Origin: Octopus vulgaris
Lineage: Eukaryota
Length of the DNA stretch: 64,000 bases
Direction of reading: 5' to 3'
Assembly: GCA_951406725.2 (NCBI GenBank)
Contig: OX597825.1
Coordinates: forward strand, 35,960,001 to 36,024,000
Shown here: piece after piece, positions 1 through 13,323 of the stretch
How positions within the stretch are numbered: the first letter of the stretch is position 1
Layout of the letters: each line of letters starts with the position of its first letter
Program-made: the position numbers and the translations under genes
Notes under the pieces: model-generated
Told to the model about the DNA's origin: nothing
The model's input: only the letters and a program-made list of their open reading frames with translations
The model's database searches: none

Positions 1-862
1 AAGTGTAACAGCTTCAAACTGACACAGCCTGCAGGTGTGAAAATTTTCATGCAAGCACATGAAGGGTGGCACCACCTCCCACCCAAAGGATTTTGCACAT
101 GTGACATTAGTCTTGGCAGGAAAAAGTAGTCATATACTTTTTGAACATACCTCATATTACCATCATGCTATTAAAGATCACATTCCCTCTACATTACACT
201 CCATATTTAATTCATTAAAATTTTAGAGTTGTCTTCCCTAGCGAGTTTCTTTTTCTTACTAGAATTAGCCATTTAGAAAATGATTGTTCCCATCATTAAT
301 GGAAAAATTTTAATCAAAATTTCTTTCTTTACAACATTAAGTATGCTAGCACTTATTTTACTAATAAGTATGTAAATATATAGGTAGATAGGTTAGATAT
401 GTAGATAATAGTAAAAATACTAGTAATTTTTTTTTTAATTTGGTATATTTTTTTGTAGTTTCTGTTGTTTTATACTCCGTAGTAATCCTTGATATTTAAT
501 TATTAGAAGAGGGAAAAAGAAATGAAGTGAGTGACTCAACAATATGCAAAACAATGTTTGTAGTCTATTGCAGTTATTGTAGTTGAGTTATAAGGAGTGG
601 AATGAAGAGAGAAGTGAAAGTAAGAGAAAATGGGAGGAGAAGTATGAGGGGAATAGGCCATGTAACAGTAAATGGATACAAGTAAACACTTAAACACACA
701 CACACATATTGATCTATCATAATAACTTCTCAGAAAAAAAAATTTAGAATGTCAGCCACTAGCCTTAATTATATAGGTGCATGAACACACACACACTTAC
801 ATGTAGAGTTTAGTCAGCACTGTAATTGACATCAGGAGGGAAAAAATAGTAATTACAGGCAA

Positions 863-889
863 AGGTCAAAGGTCACATACATGTGACCT
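863..889. promoter_or_regulatory. Candidate nuclear-receptor response element (DR1 plus inverted half-site)
   Basis: AGGTCA-A-AGGTCA at 863-875, then TGACCT at 884-889: three perfect half-sites in 27 bp. Function untested. Confidence 0.35.
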
Positions 890-1675
890 TTCAGTTTGCT
901 AGCCAAAATATATTACTTCTTACTAAAAGCTGAACTTAATCCCTCTTAATCTTACATATAATAGTTAGTTTTTGATGAGCCATCTGACTAACAAAAAAAA
1001 AAACCTTGTGCTAAGACTATCAAGTGTGTTTTTTGCAAACTAACAAAGCTACACACATACACACACTGTCCCCACCCTATCTCAAACTGTTATTCCTACC
1101 CTACCACATACAGCCTCTATGATGGAATTAACAGTCAAATCTTCTTCAAACTACACACTTACGTCTTTCTTGAATAAACTATGGTCATGCTAAGTAATGA
1201 ATGTTGTACCTAATAACACAGGAGCCCACATGTGGAAGCTGAAATAACCTTGATGATAGGTCTATTTCATCAGTACTAACCTTGTTAATATATCAACATA
1301 AACATAACCAAGACACATCAACACCTAACACTGCCATATAATCATTAAACCAAGTATTTTGTTTTACTCCAATAATGAATCAGCAGCTTTATGGTAAAAA
1401 GTATTTCAGCTCTGAACAATCTTATTTTCAAACAGTGTAACTAAGACAGTACATTATCAAATGTCACATTTATTTTTAATGACATGTGATCTTAAGTCAG
1501 CTTTGATCCAGCTGGCTAATGATAAAAGTATTTCAACTGTGACCATCCCATCTTGTTGTCAGGCATAATGTATCTAGGGCTATATGAACCAACATGTCTT
1601 GCCTTTCCACCTTTTAAAAAAAATAATATCCATGTCTAGATAGGTTTGACAGGTTACGTAATTGGCCCCTTGCTG

Positions 1676-1944
1676 TTAACCCTTTGACATTTAGATTATT
1701 CTGTCAAATGTAATGCTTATTGATTCACATTGTTTTGAATTGATTATATATTATCTTATAGCTTTAAGATTTCAATGATGTGATTGTATATTTTAGAATG
1801 GCATAGTAGGAAGGTGTAAGAGGCCAGATTCGACCAGTTTGAACATAAAACTGATACAATATTGGGCCAGATCTGACCAGTTTTAACATAAAACTGGTAG
1901 AATATTTGGGCCAGATATGACCAAGTTAAATACTAAAGGATTAA
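1676..1944. mobile_element. piggyBac-like MITE (family P)
   Basis: TTAA-CCCTTTG start and CTAAAGGA-TTAA end; internal sequence shared with copies at about 2296, 7106, 8123, 8807 and 18602; has a short internal duplication. Confidence 0.7.
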
Positions 1945-2295
1945 GCATCAGGTCAGTTCTAACCCACCAAACCGATGAGCAAAGATGTTCCAGCTGTGAT
2001 TATCATGTGTAATTTTCAACATAGTATATGTCTAAAGTATCCAATATGCCCTTTTCTGAAGCGGAGTGTGATTTCAGGGACATCTACCAATGTGTGTGCA
2101 TGTGTGGGAGGGGTACCATCTAGAATATATTTGTGTGTGTAGTAGCAGCCACTTTGTCAGAAATGATAAATGACTAGAGAGCAATAAATAGGAAATGAAT
2201 CCCTATTTATTACCTAAGGAGAAAGTCATTCAGAGTACAGAGTCTTGTAATAAAAGAGCAGTGCAACTTATCAGATAAAAACCAATAAGCACCTT

Positions 2296-2480
2296 CTTAA
2301 CACTTTTACATTCAGATTACTCTGTCAAATATAATACTTATTTATTCACAATGGTTTGAATTAATCATGCATTATCTGGTAACTTCAAGATTTTGATGAT
2401 GTCATTGCTTATTTTTAGAATGGCATAGTAGGGAAGGTCTAGGAAGCTGGATTTGGCTGGTTTAAATGTTATAGGGTTAA
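2296..2480. mobile_element. piggyBac-like MITE (family P), internally deleted
   Basis: TTAA at both ends, right end AGGG-TTAA; homologous to 18602-18815. Confidence 0.65.
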
Positions 2481-2781
2481 AGACTCAAACATCTACAATT
2501 CTCAGTCTCTAACCAATATAACCATGAGACAATACATACAACCATGGGGCACTGTCTTTAAAATTTTTAGCTGATTGCACTCTAGTGCAAATATTTATTT
2601 TATTGACCACTTGCAGTAAAAAAGCAAAGTATATCTGGGCAAAAAATACTCAATAAATATATATTCACACACACACTTATCTCTAGAGGATGTGTGTAAC
2701 GAGCACCTTTTGGTGTTTTACACAGACCAACATTTGCATCCACCCACATTCATTTTATATATATATATATATATGCAGAAA

Positions 2782-3165
2782 CAGGCATGGCTGTGTGGTA
2801 AAATCATGCTTCCCAACCTCATAGTTTCAGGTTCGGTCCCACTGCATGACACCATGGCCAAGTGCCCTCTACTATAGCATCAGGCCAACCAAAGCCTTGA
2901 GTGGATTTGGTAGACAGAAAATGAAAGAAGGCCATCATGTGTGTGTGATTTGTGTCTGTATTTGTCCCCCACCACCGCTTGACAATCAATGCTAGTGTGT
3001 CTGCATCCCAATAACTTAGTGGCTTGGCAAAAGACCCCAATAGAATAAATATCAGGTTTAAAAAAAAAAAAATAAGTACTAGGGTTGAATCATTTGATTA
3101 AAAGTTCTTCAAGGTGGTGCCCCAGCATGGCCAGTCTAATGACTGAAACAAGTAAAAGATAAAAC
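2782..3165 (+). mobile_element. tRNA-headed SINE, family A
   Basis: ggctgtgtggtaa head, gtggatttggtagac body, (TG)n, and tail ggtgccccagcatggcc...gactgaaacaagtaaaaga; many copies in the window. Confidence 0.85.
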
Positions 3166-3316
3166 ATATGTCATTCTTTTACTCATTTTAATCATAACAC
3201 TGATGCCATGTTTGGATTCAACTACAGGACTTATAGTGTCTTATTTTACCATTCTCTAAATAACACTGGTTTTAGACTGGTGTATACATAAACACCAAAA
3301 ACAGGAAAATATATGG

Positions 3317-3502
3317 TGGACTTCCACATAGTTTCCATCATCTACATTCCACTTACAAGGCTATGGTTGACATAACCCAAAGACAATGGTTAAAGACACT
3401 TGGCCAAGGTTCAATAAAAGTGTCTTTAACCATTGTCTTTGGGTTATGTCAACCATAGCCTTGTAAGTGCAATGTAGATGATGGAAACTATGTGGAAGTC
3501 CA
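3317..3502. repeat. Inverted repeat, 85-bp arms, 16-nt spacer
   Basis: 3317-3401 is the reverse complement of 3418-3502 with one mismatch. Confidence 0.95.
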
Positions 3503-3511
3503 TTATTGTTT

Positions 3512-3613
3512 ATTTGAAAATAAACACATTGCTGTGGGTTAGTAATTCACTTCTCAATCAAATTGATTGAGAAGTGAATTTACTAACCCACAGCAATGAG
3601 TTTATTTTCAAAT
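3512..3613. repeat. Near-perfect palindrome, about 50-bp arms
   Basis: atttgaaaataaac...ttctcaatcaa pairs with ttgattgagaa...gtttattttcaaat; one mismatch and one indel, almost no loop. Confidence 0.95.
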
Positions 3614-4874
3614 CTTTAAAATAAAATTTGGACAAAAAAAAAAAGAGAAAATATAATGATGATAAAAATGAAAGTTAATTAGTACAGAATATGAATGGGA
3701 CAGATAAAAGTGAGTTACTATATACAATAGATATTGTTATTCTGATTTACTCATTTCATTAAACTAAAAACTTATATTTAATATTTAATAAAAAGAAAAA
3801 CATTAACCAAAATAATAAAGCAGAAGTTACAAATAAAAAAAAAAGACAAGAACAATTAATAAAGCAGTTCCATGAGCTAAATAGTGACAGAAACAATAAT
3901 GGACTATCACCCATGATAATGACATCATACAATGAACATAGGAAGACCTCAACCAATATAAATACTGAACTTGTATGTATGGTGATAGCGAGGGGGTGGT
4001 GAGACAGCTGAAGACAGCAGGACAGAAAGTAGAGGTGTTTTATTTATATCATTTGTAGTCAGCTGATAAAAATTCAGTCAAAGTAAGTAAATAAATTCAG
4101 GTTCATGCTTTTGTCATGACTCAAAAAAATGTCATAGACTCTGATTTGTTGGTTTTTCAGTTTTTTTGGGTTTTTTTTTTTATAAGTTTGTTGTTGTTGC
4201 TTGCCCCAGGTCAGCCTCAAAACAAACAGACCAACAGTCAAGTGACCATTATGATGTATCATGAATTCAGTCAGATCACACGCACACACACATCTGAGTG
4301 GTTTCTCATACCATCCACCTTTGCTGTGTTGACAAAGTTTCAATACTACAAACCAGATCAGTTAATAGTTCAAAACCTTATGCAGCAAGAACACAACTAA
4401 GCTCATGTCAGTCTACCTAACAAACAAATTTCACTTTCAAACTTTACAGTTAAGAGATGACTGCCACTAAGAATACTAAGTTGCAAAAAGAATATTATCT
4501 AATTTGGAGAAAATATCTCAGTGAAACTAGTATGAAATAGCTAACTGTGAGATGAAGTGAATGAAATGAGTCTACAACTAACTTCAAAGCTATATTCTGA
4601 AGTAGAACCAATTCCACATGAGATCTGCAAGTCTGCTGGAAATTCCTTACAGAAATTCCTTGCAGTATTAACATTGTTTTTAACTTTGTGATTTATTTAA
4701 CTTTGTGATTTATTTACAAAGTACATACATTTTATTAACAATGAAAAAGAAACTGAAGGACAAAACAATTCCGTACTACGATCAGGATATTTTTAGAAAA
4801 CTTGAAAAAAATTAACTGAGAAGTAAAACAATACTCAAACTATATTAGGGTCTGTCATGAGTCCTAAGTCTTGT

Positions 4875-5085
4875 AAGGCCAGAGGTTAATCTGGTTTCCC
4901 TGGTGTATGAGTAACCTAGATTACAACATTCCTCCTGACCAGAAGGCCAGTCTGTCACAAGAACTGATGCAATGCAAAATGAAATGTTCTGCTCAAGAAC
5001 ACAACAGACTGATCAGTCTAGGAAGTGAAACCACAATCTTATGACTGTGAGTATAGCACCCTCGCCACTAGGCCATGCACTTTCA
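4875..5085 (-). mobile_element. SINE family C, diverged
   Basis: gaaatg...gctcaagaacacaac...ccacaatcttatga matches 13480-13585. Confidence 0.7.
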
Positions 5086-7105
5086 CAAACAGTACACTGC
5101 TTATGTAGAAAAGTTTCACATCACACACACACAAAAACTTTTAAGACAGTTGCCTGCAAAAGTACGTTATTTAAAAGTCATTGTTAAAAATTTGATTTTT
5201 GTTTCTTCTTTTCTCCAATTTAAAAGTGGGGGTGTTTTTCGGGTACATATTGAGTAAATTTGATATCAATAATTCTTTTTTTTTTTGTCTGAATTTATGT
5301 ATTTACTCTTAGAAGAAAAACTTTGGACAATATTTAATATATTTATTACATGAGTAAAACAAATGATGAAGAATTTACCAATTATATGTCAAGTGCTCAC
5401 AATGGAATTAATAAGCAATGAAATTACAGGATATATACTCATCATGATCATTTAACATCCATTTCCCATGTTGGCATGAGTTGGATGGTTCAGTAGAGAT
5501 TGGCAAATCAAAGGATTGCACCATGTTTCAAATCTGATTTGGCAAGGGTTCTTTGGCATGTCCTTCCTAATGCCAATTGTCTTACAGAGTGTACTGGGTG
5601 CTTTTTACATGCACCAGCACCAGTGAGGTCACCAAGTAACTTGTAAGACGAAGACTCCCTGTCAACTGAGGAAATTGTAGTCTAGAAGGAAGTGGCTTAA
5701 TGCCAGGGGATGAGTGGCTAAAAGTATGACAGAGGGTCAGGAACAATATTGTTGGAAAAGAGTGAAGATGGTGGCAAAGATATCAGAGGGTAGCTTCAGG
5801 AAAATCAATAAAAGTGGTGCAAGGAATTGGATAGGGTGAATGAGTAATTACCATGATGTAACTATGTAACTGTGATGTAGTAATTATCTACAGTGCCCCA
5901 GCATGGCTATAGTCTAATGACTGAAACAATGAAAAGAGTAAAAGATGAATTTTTGGGGCATCAGCTCCACTATGGATCACTGAAGAAACTTCGGAGTAAT
6001 TGCTCAAAATTCCACTACAGCAACCAAAACTCTAAACAAACTACTCAAGAATCCTGACAAATAAGAAAATTGAGTCAGTGAGGGATAATACAAGTGGTCA
6101 CTTGAATGGTTAGAACTAGCAGTCAAATCTCCCTAATGTGTTATATTAAGGGCAAATCAGATGATAGAGTCATACATACTCCTAATATAAAGAAAGGGAT
6201 GGTTAATGTTAGAATGCTCAATCAGGGCTGAACTCTAACTAAACAACCTTACAATCTCAGGCAAAAAAAAATGTTTATCTGGTTGCTCGACAGACTAGAA
6301 AGAACTGAATCTCTAAAATTACAGGCTACCATCCAGAAATATACCCTAGATAGACAATACCTCAGAGGACAGTGTGATCATGGCTAGAATGCCTTTCATC
6401 ACAGATGTACTCAGTAGGGCTAACCTCGGACTTAAAAACAACAATCCTACACTTCTTAATACATTAGTGACCTAACTAATGACATGCCTTAGTTTTAAAG
6501 TTCAAGACAGCTTGGGATACTATAAACAATAAACAATGAGTAATAACCAAAGAGAGACAAACAGACATAGAAATGGAAAAAGAGAGAGAGAGAGTAAATA
6601 ATTGTTGAATAAAGGGTAAGTGATACACTTGGACTTATGCTTTAGACTCATCTGGAATGGTAGAAGTGAAGAATTTAACAAATACTTTTGAAACAGGAGA
6701 GTTCATAGATTTTTCATAAATGCAATTGTGATGAAAAGTGAAGAAATATTAGAACATTTTGAGGTCTTTGCCTTTTGTCTGGGAATGAAGATGAAGGAGA
6801 AAAACAGTCTTGTCAGTTCTGCTGCCAGGACAGTAGGAAAGTATATGGTAAGAAACTGAAATGAGAGTGACATGAGAGAATCAGAAATTGACAAACAAAG
6901 AGGAAAATGAGAGGGTCAGAAGTCAGTGATGTGAGATGTGAGAAGTAGGAAGAAGCTAACAACTAGAGAAGGTAGAACGTACTAATATTTCAAAGAAGGC
7001 AAAATGAAAAGGAAGATTTCAAGTAAGTTTTAAGGTTTTGTGGGTTTTTTTTATTTTTCACTAGGTGATTCATATTCAACAGTGGATGTGATTATAACTT
7101 GTCTT

Positions 7106-7320
7106 TAAGCCTTTAGCATTTAAACCGGCCATATTTGGCTCAAATATTCTACCTGTTTTATGTTCAAACTGTCCAGATCAAGCCTCTTACACCAACACTA
7201 CAATATCGTTCTGGAAATGAATAGTTACCTCATTAAAATCGCAAACCCACAAGATAATGCATGATTAATGAAGAAAGAAATATTTACTTTTGACAAAATA
7301 ATGTGAATGCTAAAGGGTTC
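7106..7320. mobile_element. piggyBac-like MITE (family P), opposite orientation
   Basis: ttaagcctttagcatttaaacc ... gaatgctaaagggtt; reverse complement of 18602-18815. Confidence 0.7.
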
Positions 7321-7567
7321 ATCAATTAAATGAAGTTCATGAAGTTGCGAGGAGATAAGGATCCTTATGTCTCAAACAAAGCTCTTTGACAATATTTTCA
7401 TTTGCTCACATCACAACAACTTATCCAAATTTACAAACTTGAGAAAATAATTTTCATGGACACAGACCACCACTTAGTTTCTTAGAAGAATGATTTTTTT
7501 TATTCAATTAATTTATAATTCATAGGATGGCATAATGACAGCAGCTATTGCAATACCGTACTTTTGG

Positions 7568-7815
7568 TTGTCATCATAGCTTAATATCTACTTTTCTTCC
7601 ATGCTTGCATGGGTCAGATGGAATTTGTTGAGACAGGTTTTGTATGGCCAGATGCCCTTTCCATCACCAACCTTCACCTGTTTCCAAGTAAGATAATATT
7701 TCTTCATGGCCAGATTATGTTTTTCATAGAAGACTGGAAGCAAACAATATTACTTCTGTGATGGCAATGCTCGTTGATAACCATCACATGGTGTCTAGAC
7801 AAGGGTTCACACATA
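7568..7815 (-). mobile_element. SINE-like family D variant with (GAT)n tail
   Basis: ttccatgcttgcatgggtcagatggaatttgttgag...cctgtttccaagtaag is shared with 14250-14440, 20660-20880 and 23540-23740. Confidence 0.7.
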
Positions 7816-8122
7816 CACATATGATGGGCTTCTTTCAGTTTCCGTCGACCAAATCCACTCATGAGACTTTGATAAACTCAGGGTTATAGTAGAAGACATT
7901 AGCCTAAGGTGCTGTGCGCAGTGAGATTGAACCCAAGACCGCATGGTTGAGAAGCAAGCTTCTTTATCATACAATCCCAACTGTGCTTACTAGTCAACAA
8001 AAAAGAATTTTAAACATAGATGCTTCCTTCACTTTAAAAAGTTTTGACAAATTTGAGCCAAAATCTGCAAGACATTGAATTAAAAACTTAGGCTGTCAAC
8101 ACTAACTCACAAAGGAATCACT

Positions 8123-8336
8123 TTACCATTTAGCATTTAATCTATCCATATCCAGCCCAAATATTCTACTTGTTTTAAATGACCAGATCCAAACTCACCT
8201 ATTCTACAAAGTCATTCTAAAAACATGCAAACATACCAGTGAAATCTTGAAGATTCAAGATAATGCATGAAATTCAAAACAATGTTAATAAATGAGCATT
8301 AGTTTTGACAAAGAAATCTGAATGCTAAAGAGTTAA
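8123..8336. mobile_element. piggyBac-like MITE (family P)
   Basis: tttagcattt... start and gaatgctaaagag-TTAA end; body homologous to other copies. Confidence 0.65.
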
Positions 8337-8806
8337 GTCTCCTTACGACAATAACAGCTCTATAAACAGTCTGGAGTTCAAAATTATTAGGGAGAAGGTT
8401 AGGGAGTAGTAGAGCTATTACAGTACCACAAACACACATTCATGTGAAACTGTATAGGTGGACTAACAAATGAATTACTGTAATGCTTCTCATGGTAACA
8501 GTAACTCTATCAACAGTAAGGCGTTCCAAATGACTGTAGGGTAGTTACGAAATAGTACAGTTACAGATGAACTTTTGTATCCAAAACAAAAGAACATTCC
8601 AGTTTTTCTATCAATAGAAGTACTTACTTAAGGCTGAGTATTCAAGAAATATTAGTACTCATACTATTCAAGACAGATTTAATGTGACACAGAGATGACA
8701 GTTTCAGTTACAAATGTAGTCCAATAATAAGCTTTTGCAGCTTTCATCTATCACTTCATCCAAAAGGTTTGGGTTGACCCAAGGGGCTACGGAACAAGAC
8801 ACTTGC

Positions 8807-9023
8807 TTAACCCCTTAGTATCCACAGTACTCTTTTAAATGTTATGTTTATTTACTCAAATTTACCTTTTATTCTTTTATTTGTTTCAGTCATATGACCC
8901 CTGGACTTATTTTTTAAAAGCCTAGTACTTATTCTATTGATCTCTTTTGCCGAACTGCTAAGTTACAGGAATGTAAACACACCAGCATTGGTTGTCAAGC
9001 GGTGATGGTGGGGACAAACACAG

Positions 9024-9059
<36 letters not shown>

Positions 9060-9384
9060 GGGCTTCTTTCAGTTTCCATCTACCAAATCCACCCACAAGG
9101 CTTTGATCAGCCCAATGCTATAGTAGAAGACACTTGCCTAAGATGCCATACAGTGGGACTGAATCCGGAACCATGTGGTTGGGAAGCAAGCTTCTTACCA
9201 CACAACCATGCCTTCTGGATTAGTCATAAATTATTATCTTATAGTTTTGACATTTCAATGATGTGACTATTTTTAGAATGACATTGTAGTGCAGGAGTGA
9301 GAGGTTGATTCTGGTCACATTGAACATTTGGGCTACATAGAATATTTAGGCCAGATATGGCTGGTTTAAACGCTGAAAGGTTAA
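8807..9384. mobile_element. piggyBac-like MITE interrupted by a family A SINE
   Basis: TTAA-CCCCTTAG left end and AAAGG-TTAA right end; the MITE body resumes after about 9215. Confidence 0.7.
8867..9212 (-). mobile_element. SINE family A, nested in a MITE
   Basis: Reverse complement of the family A head-to-tail sequence. Confidence 0.85.
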
Positions 9385-10161
9385 AGTCTCATATAGTTAA
9401 ATCAAACCTGGAACCACATAATTGTAATTAACCACATGACCATGTGCTCACCTACTATAGTGACACACACACATGAACTACATTCATCTTTAAATTTAAA
9501 CTCACAAAGCCGATTATAGTATTTTGTGATCTTATCTCCACTGTAAAAAATGAACGTCAAAACAACAGCTAAGATTAATTATTAGTCATCTCAATCACAA
9601 TTATATTATTCATAATTCATCACAGATTTCTTAAAAGAAGAAAACCAGTCTTAATATGTGGGTAAACATATTCAATGCAGTTAATATGACTAAAATTCAA
9701 AGGAAGCAGAAAAAAAAGTGTTCCTCTCATTTATTCTGCTGTCCTTTGCTTTTAAGCAGTAACAACAATGATTCTTCACAAAATCTGAGGAAAGAGGGAG
9801 AGAGAGGAGAGAGAGAGAGTTTCAAACTAGGGACCAAGACCAAATGCTTGCAACAGAGTGTATTCTGCTAAAAATACCCAAGGTGCCAGGAAGTAGATTA
9901 TATCTATCACCTGAATAGGCTACAGCAGGATTTGAACTCAAGCAGTACATTAAGGTACTGAATCTGACATTCTTACAATTTCATCAATCCCACTAATCCA
10001 TCAACCTAGATTGGTACCATTTTATCAATCCTGATAGAATGAAAGACAAAGTGTGGTTTGAACTCAGAACACAGATAACACTGTGTAACATAATTTTTGC
10101 CCTTGGGTAGCAGCTGTTATTTCCTACTTGCATACCCCTAGAAAATATGAAAAATGGATAA

Positions 10162-10366
10162 TATTTCCTTCAAACTTTGCTGTCCTCAAACTTGGACAGC
10201 TGAATTTACACTGCCATCTATATTGCCAGAATGTTCTAGAAATTCTTGAAACTTTTAGAAACTTCTGGAAAGTTCTAGAAAATTCTGCTTTAGCAACTCA
10301 GCTCTGAATCTGTTTGAAATGTATGTAATGGAAAATAGGTTACGGAAGCAAAGTTTGAAGGGTATA
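10162..10366. mobile_element. Tc1/mariner-like MITE
   Basis: Terminal inverted repeats tatttccttcaaactttgct / agcaaagtttgaagggtata with TA ends; internal ttctagaa-like sub-repeats. Confidence 0.55.
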
Positions 10367-10914
10367 GCAGTTATTTCCTTTGATTTCTAGATAGAAGCAA
10401 ATAGGAAATAACACTTACTAGCCAAAAAACCAAAAAGAAAAAAATTGTTACAAAGTGTAATCAGAACAAATACTGCAAGCTCTAACAGCTCAGCAAATGC
10501 AAAAACCAAATTATTTGCAATTTCTTTCACACGCACTATTCCACCCCACTTGCTCAAAGTACCATACAATGGGACTAAACTTGGAACCAAGAGATTGAAA
10601 AGCAAGTTTCTTATAACCACACAGCCCCACCTGCACTTATGTGGTTTAGTAAGCCTACAAGAAATAGTAGTCAAACTCCCTTGAAATCACACCTTCCCCA
10701 TCTTTTTCTTTTAAAAAAAATAACAAAAAGTAAAGAAACACTACATAATATAGTTCAAAATATAGCAGGTTTAAAAAAAAAATGCTCACAACTGAAATGC
10801 TTTGTATCATACATTTGAAAAAGGGTTTGATCAAGTCAGTAACAAATGGTAAAGGATATCACTGCTTTTTACAATGCATTTTTAATTGGAGGAGCCAATA
10901 CAAGCTAATGAAGA

Positions 10915-11245
10915 AACCTCTATGTAGTCACTTTAACTGCTCAGCTAGAAATAGCAACCAAATCTTTCTAAAACTATATCCTAATATCACAGAAAAGAGA
11001 ATAACATATTTGATAGGGTACTTCTATCAACTAAACTACTGACATGACAATCATGGCTAATACACTTTTGATCATAGATTTTTCTGGATCACAGCTAACT
11101 AAACAACAACAAGAAGTAGGACACATGAAATAATGTAATCCTAGATACACAAAATCTGTGAGAAAAAAAGACAGGATGGTCATGACTGGAATATCTTGAA
11201 TCATAGGTCTGCTTGATCAAGGCCAACCTGCTGCTAAATAACAAC
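10915..11245 (+). mobile_element. SINE-like family E with (CAA)n tail, tandem remnants
   Basis: gctagaaatagcaaccaaatc...ggatggtcatg.ctggaat...gctaaacaacaac; further copies at about 1130-1680, 6090-6445, 15520-16160, 25720-26130, 35330-35780 and 38450-38670. Confidence 0.65.
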
Positions 11246-11538
11246 AAATCCTAGATAGTCTTTATTTTTTAAAAACAAACAAAAACAAGCAGGGTGATCA
11301 CATCTAGAACTTTTTTGAATATACGATAGCAGGATCAGAGCCGGCCTAGTGTTATATACAAGAATAACAAGACAAATACTGATCAAGTGCAAATACCTAA
11401 TATGAGACAGGCTCACTGGAGTTTACAGCTGAGAGGTTAATAAAGCATCACCTCACATACAACTACTGCTGATTGGTAGAAGAGAACCTGTCTAGCCACC
11501 AGTAGTTAATCCCAGCTCTAATCTCTCACATTATATAC

Positions 11539-11582
<44 letters not shown>

Positions 11583-12837
11583 ATATATAAACTAATCCAG
11601 TCTTACATGTTTTCACTTCCCTGTTCACAGTTAATAGTGTATAAACACAACATTGTTTATTATCGCTCTATCAGGCAAGATAAAATCCAGTCATCTATAT
11701 ATGGAAACTTGCCAACATACATTTTTTTTTAGCTATTTCCATAATTTAACTAAACTTAGCTTGGCATCTTTTAATATATTAACTAATCACAGCTTAGTGA
11801 AACCTCTGATCTAGGAATCTGAATTGGGGGACAACATCACTGAAGGTGGAGGTGGGGAATTTAATGAATAAGATCATCACAGTAATCTTTTATTTGCTTC
11901 AATCATTGGACTGTGGCCATGCCAGGGCACTACCTTAAAGGATTTAGCTGAACAAATCAACCCCGGGACTTCTTTTCCAGCTGCAACCATTCCATATTTT
12001 ATTTCAGACATAGTATAGCTAAGACTACTGTACCTAATGTGTCCCTCCTTCCACATTGTCAATGTTCTTTAGTCCCAATTCAGCCCACCCAACACACTTT
12101 AGATTTAAAATGTTCCAAACAAACATCACCATGCCTGTCTGTATATTTAAAATGATAGGAAGTGATTTGTGGGAGATTTGGTAGTTAATTCCAATAGGCT
12201 GAATACTGTATAGATGCTCTTTCCTTCTTTAAGGATAGGAAGATGTGTTGGAGGGAGAAGAGATTTGACTACTTCCTCCAGCAGTTAAAGTGACTATGTG
12301 CAGATTATTGCATACACTTAGTGACAAACACGGTGATAATGTTGGTGATTATTTGCAGAATCAACAATACCATAATTCTTGTTCCATACAGCCCATAAAC
12401 TCACTCACACACACTAATTTGATAATTTCACACCATTTCCCAAATCTTCCATGAATTAGCCTCAAATTTACTAATAGTTTATCTTAAGTAGACATTAATG
12501 TATTGTTGTGCAGTTAAGAAATTCACTTCAAAAACCATGAAGTTCTAGTTTCAATCCCACTGCACAGTACCTTGGGAATGTGCCTTCTTCTATAGTCATG
12601 GGCTAACCAATACTTTGTGAGACAAGATTTATTAACAAAATGGATCTGGCTTCAGCAAGACATTTAGTGTGGTGCTCTACCAATTTCTAATTTCTCAGCA
12701 CTCTTGGGCCAATGAAGAAATCTTTACATGCCTGACTTGCTAGAAATAACATCTAAATTATAAAATAGTAAATAAAAAAAATTTTGTTACCCCTTTGGTA
12801 CAGCCCAAATGTTAGCATCTGAATTATGACTTCCAAT

Positions 12838-13272
12838 CATGGCTACATGCTAAGAAGCTTGCTTCCCAACCACATGGTTTAGGGTTCAGGCCCACTGCAT
12901 GGCATCTTGGGCAAGTGTCGTCTATTATAGCCTCAGGTCGACTAAAGCCTTGTGAGTGGATTTGGTAGACGGAAACTGAAAGAAGCTTGTCACATATATA
13001 TGTATATGCATGTGTGTGTGTTTTTGTTTGAGTTTGTGTATGTGCACATGTGTGTATGCCTTTGTGTCTCTGTTTGTCCCTCACCTCCACTTGACAATCA
13101 GTGTTAGTGTCTTTATGTCCCCCATAACTTAGGAGTTCATCAAAAGAGACAGATAGAATAAGTACCAGGCTTTAAAAAAATCAGTTCTGGAGTTGATTCA
13201 TTTGACTGCAAATTCTTCAAGATGGTTCCCCTGCAAGGCTGCTGTCTAATGACTGAAACAAGTGAAAGATAA
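12838..13272 (+). mobile_element. SINE family A
   Basis: Full head-body-(TG)n-tail match to other copies. Confidence 0.85.
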
Positions 13273-13323
13273 TACAATGCAAGAATCTTTTGTGAAGATT
13301 TTCTAAACCTCAGATTAGAATTA

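Noticed and set aside
6703-6894. Possible minus-strand exon after ctctcatttcag
   Set aside because: All frames close within about 50 codons, with no recognisable protein and no good donor.
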